A stretch of 64,000 bases of DNA from Eledone cirrhosa (Eukaryota), in NCBI GenBank assembly GCA_964016885.1, contig OZ024759.1, forward strand, positions 20,646,001 through 20,710,000. Reading direction: 5' to 3'. Every line of letters begins with the position of its first letter. Position 1 is the stretch's first letter. Both the position numbers and the translations under genes were made by a program. The notes under the pieces were generated by a model. That model did not search any database, had not been told where the DNA came from, and was given only the letters and a program-made list of their open reading frames with translations. Positions 25,472 to 39,220 of this stretch are shown here, piece by piece.

Positions 25472-25507
25472 TCTTAATGTTTCGGACGCTAGTCCTTCAT
25501 CAGAAGA
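25472..25507 (-). ncRNA. Minimal hammerhead motif with helix III point variant
   Basis: Minus: UCUU-CUGAUGA-A-GGAC-UAGC-GUCC-GAAA-CAUU-AAGA; sister copy at 43765 has ACGU; both lie in a ~135-bp repeat. Confidence 0.6.
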
Positions 25508-25833
25508 AAGAATAAGAAATAAGATAGATTGAAGGGACGGGTGGGGTGGAATTGGTAAAAATGTCTTTAGATAAGAATAACAGGTCCATTCATGTTGACA
25601 TCTCTTCGAAAACTGTTGATGCTGGCGTTTTTTGTATGATATATTTTTTTAGAAAGGTGGGTTATATATATAATATGGGTTATATATATAATATAGTAAT
25701 AATAATTAGGGAACAAAGAATCAGTGTTGCATCATATATATATTTAATTACATATTACATATGTTTCACTGCTGATCAGCTCAAGGAATGATCAATTTTG
25801 TTTGTTCTTGTCGAACTTGTCATTTGACTGTCG

Positions 25834-25877
<44 letters not shown>

Positions 25878-25943
25878 GGATACTATTTATGGTTAAGTAT
25901 ATACTTAAACATTTTGTCAATCATGTGTACAAACATTGAAAAA

Positions 25944-25990
25944 TGCTCCGAAGACTCCAAGCCTAGGTTTGGATGAAACAATTGTAATAA
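25944..25990 (+). ncRNA. Mutated hammerhead motif (CCGAAGA core)
   Basis: CCGAAGA-C-UCCAAGC CUAG GUUUGGA-U-GAAA-CAAUUG-UA; 3' half recurs on the minus strand at ~36218-36250. Confidence 0.45.
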
Positions 25991-26020
25991 ATGCTTTGAA
26001 CATAGCTTTGATTCTTGTGA

Positions 26021-26056
<36 letters not shown>

Positions 26057-26272
26057 GTGAGGTGGTTTAAGAATTAGTCTTTTCATTGGAGGGCTTTCTT
26101 AAAAAGTTGATATCCTTATGGGTCTAGTACACTTCGGTTGTGCTCTAACATCATACCAATTGACGAAACTGTACTGTCAGCACTTTGAAGAAAAAATTAG
26201 GTATATCTTGTCTATTTTGTCTTCACATTTATAATTCATATATATATATATAATTGTTATATAAATACACAT

Positions 26273-26303
<31 letters not shown>

Positions 26304-26460
26304 ACGAGGGAAGTGTTGTAAGGAACCAGGTGGACCATAACGCACCTGAGTACTCAATACTTTTGGTAGTAGAGTGGGTAATAGGAAAAGGTTCAGGACC
26401 CCAACGGCAAAGCTCCAGCTGTTTAGACGGCTATTTCTGAGTCAATATATATATATACAA

Positions 26461-26503
<43 letters not shown>

Positions 26504-26833
26504 GGCACATGGCTTAGTGGTTACAGCATTCGCCTTGCAATCAAAAGGTTGTGAGTTCAATTCTCGGACCGGGTGATGTGTTGTTTCCTTGGGCAAGACA
26601 CCTTATTTCACATTGCTCCAGTTTACTCAGCTGTAGAAATGAAATGATAGGGACTGGGGTCCATATCATTCCACTGCAAAGTGGTCGTGGAGGTGCCACG
26701 GCAAAAAAGCACCCAGCACTCACTGTAAATGAGGTTGGTGTTAGGAAGGGCATCCAGCTGTAGAAAACAAGCCAGAATCAGTTCCCGTCCCACCCTTGCA
26801 AGCCGGGAAAAGTGGACGTAAAATGATGATGAT
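26504..26833 (+). mobile_element. SINE family A, full length
   Basis: A/B boxes, CCTTGGGCAAGACAC block, GTTAGGAAGGGCATCCAGC, RTE-like tail GGACGTAAAATGATGATG. Confidence 0.92.
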
Positions 26834-27000
26834 ATATATATATACTTGTATATATGCACACACACACGTATGTGTATAAAAAATAGATCATTCGTTATGA
26901 ATTTTAGGATTATATAATATATATATATAGCTACTTGAATTGTCTTCAGCCAGAATCGTAAACCAAGATTATATATATATATGTGCATATATATATATAT

Positions 27001-27046
<46 letters not shown>

Positions 27047-27227
27047 ATATATATATATACATACACATGCACACATATATATATATATATATATACACAC
27101 AAACTATTGATTATACATTGCTTACTTCAAGTTTCATGTCTGTCTTATATCGTGTTACTACATCAGATTCTTTTGCTTAGCTTTCAACATATATATATAT
27201 ATATATATGTACATATATATATATATA

Positions 27228-27267
<40 letters not shown>

Positions 27268-27289
27268 TATACATACACACATTTATATG

Positions 27290-27468
<179 letters not shown>

Positions 27469-27663
27469 GTATATATATATATATATATATATATAAATGT
27501 GTGTGTATATATATATATATACACACACATATTCATATACTAATGTGTATGCAAATATTGTGTTCAATGTCTACCCATCAAACCTCTGTATCTCCCCTCC
27601 CTCTCTCTAATTTACTCTCTCATCTCTCTCTCTCTCATCTCTCTCATATCTCTCTCTCTCATC

Positions 27664-27738
<75 letters not shown>

Positions 27739-28821
27739 CTCTCTCTCTCTCCTCTCTCTGTCTCCCCTAAATACTGGACTGACAATGATGGAAGTTTCAG
27801 TGGTGATAACGTTGGCGATGATCATGTTGATGATGATGATGATGTGATGATGTTGATGTTGTGGTAGTGGTGATGATGGTGAAGTTGTGATTTTGATATG
27901 ATGATGATGATGGCGGGGATGTGATGGTGGTGGTGGTGGTGATGTGATTTTGATGTGATAATGATGTGATGATGATGGTGGTGATGGTGGTGATGATGTT
28001 GATGGCGGTGATGGTGTTGATGTGGTGGGGGTGGTAAGGTAGAGTTGGTGGTGGTTGTTGTGGTGGTGGTTGTAGTGGTGGTAGTTGTGGTCGTGGTGGT
28101 CGTGGTTGTGGTGGTGGTTGCGATGGTGATAGTGATGTGGTCGTGGTGGTGGTGAAGGTGGTAGTGGTAGTGGTAGTGAAGGTGAAGGTGGTAGTTCCAT
28201 TGGTGGTAGTGAAGGTGGTGGTGAAGGTGGTGGTAGTTAAGGTAGTGGTGGTGGTGAAGGTGGTAGTGAAGGTGGTGGTAGTGAAGGTGGTGGTGGTTAA
28301 GGTGGTAGTTCCATTGGTGAAGGTGGTGGTGGTGAAGGTGGTAGTGGTGGTAGTGAAGGTGGTAGTGGTGGTGGTGAAAGTGGTAGTGAATGTGGTAGTT
28401 CCAGTGGTGGTGAAGGTGGTAGTTCCAGTGGTGGTGAAGGTGGTAGTGGTGGTGGTGAAGGTGGTAGTGGTATGTTTTCCTTGCTCAAATGAATGGTTGG
28501 CATTCCATATGAATTTAGCATGAATCAATGGGCAGTGATTATATATACATGTGTATATATGTGTGTTTGTATACACATGTATGTAGCTGTACATGTGTGT
28601 ATATACATGTGTACATTAGTGTGCATCTATGTGTATTTATATATTTCTCTCTCTATATATATGTGTGTGTGTGTATGTATGTGTGTGTGTTAGGTTCAAT
28701 GTTGTATGCACCCATAATTATATATTAGTAAGTGTATATATATATATACATATGTGTTTGTGTGTTCATCTGTATATGCATATGTATGATGATATATACA
28801 TATATATGGTATATATAATAA

Positions 28822-28863
<42 letters not shown>

Positions 28864-29056
28864 AGATGTATACATATGTGTGTATATACATGTTTTATAT
28901 ATGCATATACATGTTTTATATATGCATACATGTATCTTTATATATATTCATGTACATATATACATTTATATATATATATATATGACATACATATATAGGC
29001 ATGTATATATATATATATATATACATATATATGCATGTATCTATATATACACACAC

Positions 29057-29185
<129 letters not shown>

Positions 29186-29287
29186 CACACACATATATAT
29201 ATATGATTTATACATATATCATTGTGGTTTTTATATTAGATTTCCTATGCTTCCCTGATTTGATATATATATATACACACATACATA

Positions 29288-29337
<50 letters not shown>

Positions 29338-29625
29338 CCCCCCCCCCCCCCTATCCCCTGATATACTAGCAGTTCAGTGTAGTATATCTAAATGAGCTAT
29401 TTATCAATAGAAGACTTGAGAGTGGTAGAGTCAAAGCAATTGAGTTAGTCAGAGCTAGTGCTATTGTCTAGTTCAATGAAATACAAGGAAGCTACTCAAC
29501 TTGAAATGTACCACCATGGAGAATATATGCACTATTTACTCACCATTATCTTGTGTGTATATATGTAGTTGTATGTATGTGTGTGTATGTGTATATATAT
29601 ATATAAATGTGTGTTTGTATATATG

Positions 29626-29678
<53 letters not shown>

Positions 29679-29943
29679 ATCAATATATATATATATGTGT
29701 GTGTGTATATATATATGTATATATGTGTGTGTGTGTATATATATATGTATATATGTGTATGCATGTGTATATATATATGTGTGTGTATATATATATGTAT
29801 ATATATATGTGTGTGTGTATATATATGTATATATATGTGTGTGTGTATATATATATGTATATATATGTGTGTGTGTGTATGCATGTGTATATATATATGT
29901 GTGTGTATATATATATATGTATATATATATATATGTGTGTGTG

Positions 29944-29974
<31 letters not shown>

Positions 29975-30011
29975 GTGTGTGTGTATATATATATATATAT
30001 GTATATATATA

Positions 30012-30058
<47 letters not shown>

Positions 30059-30141
30059 GTGTGTATATGTATATATATGTGTGTGTGTATATATATATGT
30101 GTAAGTATATATATATGTGTGTATATATGTGTGCATGTATG

Positions 30142-30172
<31 letters not shown>

Positions 30173-30456
30173 ATATGTGTGTTTATGTGTACATGTTTGT
30201 ATATGTATATAAATCTATATATAAATGTATATATGCATGTATGTACATATATATGTGTATATATGTATAGATATGCATTTGATTGTGTATGTGTAATATT
30301 TCCATATACGTTTTTGTGTGTGAGTATATAATATATATCTATGTTTGTGTGTATCTGTACCTGTAGCCACAGAGCTGACCGCATTAAGGAGTTCACTTCA
30401 TTACTATGTGATTTTGGGGTGGTTCCTTTTCTAAATCCCTTCTACTAGGGCCTTAA

Positions 30457-30676
30457 CCCTTTAGCATTCACATTATTTTATATATACTATTATATTTTTG
30501 TGGTAAAGGCTTTACCTCGCATAATTATCTCACATAATATTGAATCTATGAGATTTTGAAAGTACTTATTTTGAGAACAATACCTTAACATCAGTATGAG
30601 TGACCGGTTACAGCCAGTTTGAACAGAGAGAGGTAGAGAATTCTGGCCGGTTTTGACCAGTTTGAACATTAAAGGG
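30457..30676. mobile_element. piggyBac-type MITE
   Basis: TTAA|CCCTTTAGC...TAAAGGG|TTAA; colinear with 3948-4161. Confidence 0.88.
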
Positions 30677-32597
30677 TTAAAGGGTTTGGTTGGCAGAGAC
30701 TGTACAGAAGTCTGGTACATGTGTGTGTGTAGTGTTTGTGTTAAGATCTGTCCTGTAGTGTATCGATTTGATGAGAAGAGATTGATAAAAAAGTAGTTTG
30801 TTTCATATGTTTATAAGTAAATCTCTTCAACTCAGTGCCCCGGCAAGAACTAAAAATAATATGTGCATACACACACACACACTATTTAAACATACATACA
30901 CAAACTATATACACATATACACACACACGCACGCATAAATATAAATATATATAAGAAATAATTATAAAATTATGTATGTATATATATATATACATATATA
31001 AATACATATATAAATAATTATATAAATATGTATATATATATATGTATATATATATATAAATATATAATTACATATATATATATAAATATATAAATAATTA
31101 TAAAAATATGTATATATATCTATAATTATATATATATATTTATATATAATTATGAAAATATGTATATATACATATATAAAAATAAATGTATATATACATA
31201 TATATAAATACATATATGTATATATACACATATATATATATATATACATACACACACATACAAGAGATATAATGTACTAAAGACGTGATGTATTTAAAGA
31301 TCTCTCTAGTTGCTTTATTGTACAATGAATATCAAAGGGAACTATTTATAGGTGGAAGAAGGTGGGATTGATTGGTGGTGTGGTGGTGGAAGGATTCAGT
31401 TAGTTGGATGGATGGGAGTGGAGGAGGAGAAGGAAGCAAATACTGGGATTGCTTCTTCTTTTACTTCTACTACTACTACAACAACCAGGACTACCACCAC
31501 CACCACTATTACAACCACCACCACTACCATCAGAACTATCACATCTACTACTACTACCACTACTACTGCTACAACCATCGTCACAACTACCACCACGTCT
31601 ACCACCACCACTACCACCATTACTATTACTACTACTACTACTACAATAACATCTTCAAGAAGAAAAACAACAATAGCACCATCAACAACAATAGAATACC
31701 ACTAAAATACACCCATCCCCCTCAACAGCAGCAACTACTACTACTACTACTACTACTACACAGCCATTATCCTCATCAGCAACAAACACAACTACAAAAT
31801 ACAACATCAACAACAATAACAACAGCAACAGCAACTACAAGAACAACAATAACTATGGCAACAAAAGCAACAACAACCGCAAAAATAACTACTGCAACAG
31901 TAACTATGACATCCACAAGACCTACAACAACAACTCTAACAACAGCAGCAACAACAACAACAAGACCTACACCTCTAACAATGACAGCAATAACAGCAAC
32001 AAGACCTACAACTCTAACAACAACAACATCAACTATAACAACCACAAGACCTACAACAACAACTCTAACAACAACAACTATAACAACCACAAGACCTACA
32101 ACAGCTCTAACAACATCAACTATAACAACCACAAGACCTACAACTCTAACAACAACTATAACAACCACAAGACCTACAACAACAACTCTAACAACAACTA
32201 TAACAACCACAAGACCTACAACAACAACTCTAACAACAACAACTATAACAACAACAACAGCAGCAGCAATAAAAGACAAGAATTATATCAGCCACAGAAG
32301 ACTCCAACAATTCTAAAACTGGTTTCCAAATGAATTCAGAACAACAATGGTGAAAATCTTCAGATTTAATGAATGTGTGTGTGTATATGTGTGTGTGTGT
32401 ATATATGTGTGTTTGTGTATATGTGTGTTTGTATGCGTGTATACACACATATATATGTATACACACACACACTGCGGAATGATCCTGCTCTATAATTACA
32501 TCTGATAGCATTATCCATATATATATATGTGTGTGTGTGTATATGTGTGTGTGTATATATGTATGTGTGTGTATATATATATATATGTGTGTGTTTG

Positions 32598-32628
<31 letters not shown>

Positions 32629-32891
32629 GTATATAAATTTTAAAGAGATCATTTTTGGAGTAGTATCTCTTTGTATAGAGAGATAGGACACACAGACAGA
32701 CTTAATACAGAGACGGGGAAACAGGCACATAGATAGATAGATAGATATAGATTCATAGATAGTTTGGGAAGTTGTTAGCTCGATAGATAGACAGGTAAGT
32801 AGATAGATATATAGATATATAGGTAGATGAGTAGATAGTTAAGTAGGTAGATAGTTAGATAGATAAGTGGATCTGTAAATTGATAGCTAAG

Positions 32892-34054
32892 TTTCTATTT
32901 ATTTGCCACGAGGCCACAAAAGAAGGGGACAAATACAAGGGGGGAGTTTACATAAAGGAACGAGTAAAAAACAAATAAATATAAAATTAACAATACAGTC
33001 CTCAATAGGGAGGAGGCGTTTTGGGGGTTACACACACCCCCAAAAAAGTGTGCAACCCTTTTCCTTAGGAGCACAGAGAGGGGGTGCTCCTTTGAACTTC
33101 CACCTTTCCACCTACAGGCTGATAAAGAGAGAAGGCTCATTCACATGGGCCATTCTCGCTACTTTCACCCACCTTTCATAAAACTTGCTGGGGTAGAGCA
33201 CCTCTCTCCCCATTCTGATCCTTCTCTTAAAATGGTATTTAAAGAAAAGGACCAGTTGTTGGCCGGAGAGAAAGGTGTCCAACCTCAGCCCTTTCAAACG
33301 TGTCCACCATACCACCTCTTTCACCATGCCTATTACACAGAGGAAGACCGCCTCTCCTTCATTTTTGAAGGGGAAGGCGGCTTGATCGTTACAATAGACT
33401 CAGTGGTCAACCAGATTGGTTAGATAAATTTCTTTATTAGCCACAAGGGCACAACAGAAGGGGACAAATACAAATGGGGAGTTTACATACAGGTATATGA
33501 AAATAGAACTATTAATACAATAACAAATAACAATTGAAATCCCCAATAGGGGGAGGTGTTACACAGGGGTTGTACACACCCCGAAAAAATGTACAACCCT
33601 CATCTCCAGGAGCACCAAGAGTGAGTACTCCCTTCCTCTCTTCCTCTTTTTCCTCAACCTACAAGCTTATATAGAGAGAAGGCCCAACCACTCGGGCCAT
33701 CTTTGCCACATTCACCCACCTTTTATAAAATTTGCTGGGGTACAGCACCTCTCTCTACATCCTGATTCTTCTTCCAAAATGATATTTGAAAAAACGAATC
33801 AGTTGCTCGCCAGAGAGAAAGGTGTCTGACCTCAGCCCTTTTAACCTCTACACCATTATAGATAGATAGATAGATATATTTCTTTATTTGCCACAAGGGC
33901 GCACAAGAAAAGGGGACAATACAAAGACATGCCGGGGATTTTACATACAGTCGTATAAAAAATATAAAAACAAACAATTACAACAATCGAAATCCCCAAT
34001 AGGGGGGAAGCGCCACAAATGGGTTGTTTTATACCCCGTCGATAGAACAACCCT
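32892..34054 (-). mobile_element. Three tandem 5'-truncated Tx1/L1-like LINE 3' ends in a (GATA)n tract
   Basis: Copies ~32892-33420, 33428-33857, 33878-34054; ORF remnant MVKEVVWWTRLKG...FYERWVKVA; AATAAA just before each 3' end; clade assignment is from recall of C-terminal patterns. Confidence 0.75.
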
Positions 34055-35253
34055 CAGAGATAGATAGATAGATAGCTGTAGAGAGATTTAGAGAAGGATA
34101 GATAGATTTAAAGAGAGATAGATAGATTTATAGAGAGATAGAGAGATTTATAGATACATAGATTTATAGAGAGATTTAGAGATACATAGATTTATAGAGA
34201 GATTTAGAGATACATAGATTTATAGATTTATAGAGAGATTTAGAGATAGAGAGATTTATAGAGAGATAGAGAGATATGTGGGAAGATAGATTCCTAGATA
34301 GACAGACAGTTAGATTGCGAGGTAAGCAGAATGGGCAGATGGAACCTTAATATCATCATCATCATCATCATTATTGTTATTCAATTCAACATGTCATCAT
34401 AGCAATACTTGTGTTAGATCTGTTAACATTTCCTGCTTATTTACATCTTTTCTAGGGACTTTCTTTCTTTCCTTCTTTCTTTTTTGCTTTCTTTTCTTTG
34501 TTTCGTCTTCCATGTCTTCTTCTTCTTCTTCTTCTTCATCTTCATCTTCTTCTTCTTCTTCCTTTTCTTCTGCTTCTTTTTCTTTTTTTCTTTTTCTTCT
34601 TTTTCTTCTTTGCCTTTTTCTCCCTAATCAATTCTATATTGTGTAATGTATGCCTTTCCCTCTCCCCACCCCTGACCTTTCGTGATCAGAGATGAGAAAC
34701 CAATACATCAATAGTTTAACGATTTGATCAGCTCCCTTTTAACCTTTTCTACAATTCCTACCTTACAACACTCTACCCCCTACTTCACCTGCCAGAATAT
34801 CTTGTTATATTGAGATACCTTTAACAACCCTATCTTTCAAAAGACAAATTGAAATGCCCTACAGTCTAAACACTACGCCACACCATGCCACACCACACCA
34901 CACTACGCCACACCACACCACACTACGCCACACCACACTACGCCACACCGCACTATGCCACACCACCATACACTACTCTATCCCATGTACCTTGCACTAA
35001 CACAAGCAAGATTTTACTAACACACACACATATATTTAATTTGAATTTTCTTGTAAAAGCCATAAGGGATATTTTAAGACATTGCTTACTGATGAGTTTA
35101 CAGCGTCTTAATTTATCAATTAGTTATCTTAATTAATTGTTTCAACTTTTGGCACAAGGCCAGCAATTATCCCAGTGCATTACTGGTACTTTATTTTATC
35201 CATTATATATATTTCGAAGATGTAAGGTTGTAAAGAATAATAACCACCCTATA

Positions 35254-35310
<57 letters not shown>

Positions 35311-35430
35311 TTAGTTAAGCAAAACAAGACCACAAATTTCACAAGGAAAACATTATTTAAAGATTGTCAACATAGTTGTAGTTTAATGTAAGGAATGTAA
35401 AGAATAATAATAATAATACTAATAATGTCC

Positions 35431-35544
35431 GTTTACAATTGTTTCGCTACTCCGTATAATGTTTCTGGATCAAATGATTATAGATCATTACTGGTTCAGT
35501 TGAAGATAATTAACTTAGATAAAATTGGAGCAGTTCATCAGAAC
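35431..35544 (-). ncRNA. Hammerhead motif with long helix-II insertion
   Basis: Minus: GUU-CUGAUGA-ACUGCUCC...GGAGUAGC-GAAA-CAAUUG-UA-AAC; 7-bp helix II, closing pair A-C mismatched. Confidence 0.55.
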
Positions 35545-35551
35545 TTCAAAG

Positions 35552-35588
<37 letters not shown>

Positions 35589-35787
35589 TATAAATATTAA
35601 TAAAATAGATGTTCTTTTGATCGATTACATTTTATTATAAACAATGAGTTAAAGACTTTGTTGATATGTAATCAACTGAGTTATGTTAATAACAGATACA
35701 AAGCACTCACAGATAAAATATATCTGGAGTATTATGATAATAATAATAGTAATAAACAAAAGATATACCACTATAGCATCACAATTT

Positions 35788-35863
35788 ATTTCATTATATA
35801 TATTTCGGGGATGCAAAAATTTATGTCTGACATAAATTCGAGCATGCCTTCTTCAGATAAAAT
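35788..35863 (-). ncRNA. Hammerhead motif with extended helix II
   Basis: Minus: AUUUUAU-CUGAAGA-AGGCAUGC-UCG-AAUUUAUGU CAG ACAUAAAUU-UUU-GCAUCCCC-GAAA-UAUAUA-UA-AUGAAAU; 7-bp helix I. Confidence 0.6.
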
Positions 35864-36377
35864 ACAATATGAGATGTATAAAATGTTATATGACCTTAAC
35901 AGATCAATTCCAAATGGAATTACTCTTTATATATATATATATATTATAAAATAACAGGAGGCTGGACTGGTGTAATTCCTTAAAAGGTTTATTATACTAT
36001 GAACATATATATATAATATTAAGGATACTATTTATGGTTATGTATATACTAAAACTTTTTATAGTTATATATATTTTAAACCCTAAACAGTGAAGGTCAG
36101 TAATTTATTACTACCTTATTACCAGTAAGATAAATAGCTCAATGTAACAACATCAGTTGTTCTACAGAGCAGTTATATAGAATTCACAAGAATCAAAGCT
36201 AATGTTCAAAGCATTTATTCACTTACAATTGTTTCATCCAAACCTAGGCTATTGTACATATTGTACATATTGTACATATGTATCTGTATGTCTCTTGCGT
36301 TGGAAAGGAGGTCAATTATGTGAATAAATGCTTTGAACATAGCTTTGATTCTTGAGAATTCTATATATATATATATC

Positions 36378-37200
36378 ATCATTATCATCATCATCATTTA
36401 ACGTCCCTGTTCCACGCTTGCATGGGTTTGGACGGGGGTTTTCCCACTTGAGGCAAGAGTGGTTGTCTTGCTCGCATAGGACTGTCTGGCGGGTTTTCTA
36501 CAGCTGGATGCCCTTCCTAACACCAACCACATTTACAGTGTGGGGCTGGGAGGTTTTTACCGTGTTGTCTACACGGCCACATTACAGCGTGGACTGTCTG
36601 GCGTGTTTTCTACAACTGGATGCCCTTCCTAACACCAACCACATTTACAGTGTGGGACTGGGAGGTTTTTACCGTGTTGCCTACACGGTCACATTACAGC
36701 GTGGACTGTGTGTTTTTTTGTCGTGACACCTACATGATCTCGTTTGTTTTGGCCTGGATGTTGTGGCACCAACATAACTTTGCATTGAAGGGGGCGGTGT
36801 GGATGGGGTGGGACGGGGGTGTATTTTGTTAGAGATGCCTACTGACTAGTAGGTTTTACTTTGTATTTAGGTGAGGCGGGTCTTCTCTGTTACTGAGTAC
36901 CGCCAAAGGTCTCGGTCCAGTGACATTGTCTTGGAGAGGTGTAAGTGTGTGAGGTCGGAATTTATCAGCTCGTCCCAGGTTTTCCTGGGTCTGCCTACTC
37001 CGTGGCTACCATCTATCTTTATTGCCCTGCACTTTCTTATACAGCTGTCGTCTTTCATGCGCATCACGTGACCATACCAACGTAGCCTTCTCTCGAGTAA
37101 ACAACATCTGATCCCTCTTATTTCTAATTTTTTCCTTAGTTCGTTTATGCTTTGCCATTCACGTATATTACTATTACACATCCAGCGGAGCATGCAAGCT
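36378..37200 (-). mobile_element. RTE-clade LINE 3' fragment with long SINE-like 3' UTR
   Basis: ORF 36867-37193 (MLRWMC...RRLRWYGHVMRM...GRPRKTW...EKTRLT*) followed by a spacer, a duplicated SINE-like body and a (GAT)n tail. Confidence 0.92.
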
Positions 37201-37792
37201 TCGTATATATATATATAATATAAAAAGTAATGTGCTCATGTACCAAGATGCTATAAAATAGCTTATAAATTAGGGTGGAGACAGAAAAAGACAGAAAAAG
37301 AAGTTACCATCAGATGCCAGAGGCAATTGAACCTTGTTTCTCCCAGATACTGGCTAGGTGCTTTTTGACTTCTCGGCTGATGGCAACTTCTTTTTCTATC
37401 TTTAAGGACCATCATGGTATTTTATAGCATCTTCACACATCAGCACACCACTCTTTATATTAATTTTATCCCCTCAGCACTTTGTAATGTTTGTATTTGT
37501 GGGATGAGCAGTATCGATGGAGCTATAACTCTTGATAGAGTGTTGAGGATGTGTTTGTTATGACATATGACAAGCCAAAACACTTGCATGATGGGAGAGT
37601 GGTTCTTCTCTGAAGATCTTCTGCTGTCCAGCTCTCCCCCAGAGAGTTTCTTATCACTGACAAATTGACAGTCAGTACAGTGTCAAATATATCTATTTAT
37701 CTATATATATATTTCCGAAGCTGCATTCGTTAGCTTGGCAGCACCCAAAAGCTTCGTTAATGCTGTACTAAAATTTGTATATATATATATCA

Positions 37793-38176
37793 ACACCATC
37801 ACCGTTTTACGTCCGTTCTTCCACGCTAGCATGGGTTAGACGGGTTGTCCTGTTGTGGGTATTGTTCAGTCGGCTGACCTTATCTTGCTCATACGGGAAC
37901 TGATTCTGGCTTGATTTCTACAGCTGGATGCCCTTCCTAACACCAACTTCATTTACAGTGAGTGGTGGGTGCTTTTTTGCTGTGGCACCTACACGTCCAC
38001 TTTACAGTGGAATAATAGAGACCCCAGTCCTATCATCTCATTTCTACAGCTGAGTAAACTGGAGCAATGTGAAATAAAGTGTCTTGCTCAAGGAAACAAC
38101 ACATTACCCGGTCCGAGAATTGAACTCACAACCTTTCAATTGCAAGGCCAATGCTCTAACCACTAAGCCATGTGCC
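37793..38176 (-). mobile_element. SINE family A, full length
   Basis: Reverse complement of the 53081-53465 type copy. Confidence 0.9.
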
Positions 38177-38377
38177 TCCATTGTATGTTATATTCTTATT
38201 CCTAGACTGTCCCTCAGTACATCTTATGCTATATCCTACGTTCCTAGTTTTGCACATTAGAGAACATAGAGATAAAAATGATATCCATTTTGGCAGGAGG
38301 AGAAAGGTGATTCAATGGACACCATTACATGACTGGTACTTTATTTTGTTGACCCTGTAAGGTTTACATAATTAATA

Positions 38378-38690
38378 ATGGTTTTTGATTCAGGCACATG
38401 GCCAACAATTTTGGGGAAGGGGAAAATCCTGTAAACAACCCCAGTGTGTTACTGGTACTTTATTTTTTCGACCCCCGAAAGGATGAAAGGCAAAGTTAAA
38501 CTTAGCGGGATTTGAACTGAGAACTTAAAGATCCATAACACCATTCCACCTCCCCATACAATATAATAGTTTCTACTTTTGGCACAAGGCCAGCATTTAT
38601 CTCAGTGCATTACTGGTACTTTATTTTATCGACCCCGTAAGGATGAAAGACAATGTTAACCTCAGCGGGATTTGAACTCAAACCGAAGGT
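38378..38690 (-). mobile_element. SINE family B fragments
   Basis: CTGGTACTTTATTT...GGATGAAAG..GGATTTGAACT blocks, two copies. Confidence 0.85.
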
Positions 38691-38939
38691 ATTTAGGTAA
38701 ATATAAGCACTTGCAGTTACGATGATGGGGTGACAATGCTGGATCTTGGTGGTGGTGGTGCTGATAGTTGTGATGGTGGTGGTGGTTATGATAGTTGTGA
38801 TAGTGATGGTGGTGGTGGTGGTGGTGATAGTTGTGATAGTGGTGGTGGTGATGGTTGTGCAAGTGTTGTTTGTGTGTGAATACCAGATCTCATGCTGAAT
38901 TATATAGAATCTGGGTGGAGATGAGTGTGTCAGTGGTAA

Positions 38940-39220
38940 CGTTGGTGGTGGTATTGATAGTGATGATGATGGTGGTGGTATTGATAGTGATGATGATGGT
39001 GGTGGTATTGATAGTGATGATGATGGTGGTGGTATTGATAGTGATGATGATGGTGGTGGTATTGATAGTGATGATGATGGTGGTGGTATTGATAGTGATG
39101 ATGATGGTGGTGGTATTGATAGTGATGATGGTGGTGGTGCTGATAGTGATGATGATGGTGGTGGTATTGATAGTGATGATGATGATGATGGTGTTGATAG
39201 TAATGATGGTGGTGGTGGGG
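38940..39220. repeat. 27-bp minisatellite GGTGGTGGTATTGATAGTGATGATGAT
   Basis: About 10 tandem units. Confidence 0.9.

Noticed and set aside
26504-26575. tRNA gene
   Set aside because: A/B boxes are present but there is no proper cloverleaf, and it is always fused to the SINE body; it is a SINE head.
29425-29520. Hairpins suggestive of an H/ACA snoRNA
   Set aside because: No consistent hairpin-H-hairpin-ACA layout could be established by eye.
37725-37775. U6 snRNA-like words (GCTTGGCAGCAC...TACTAAAATT)
   Set aside because: Wrong spacing, and no ACAGAGA box or remainder of U6.
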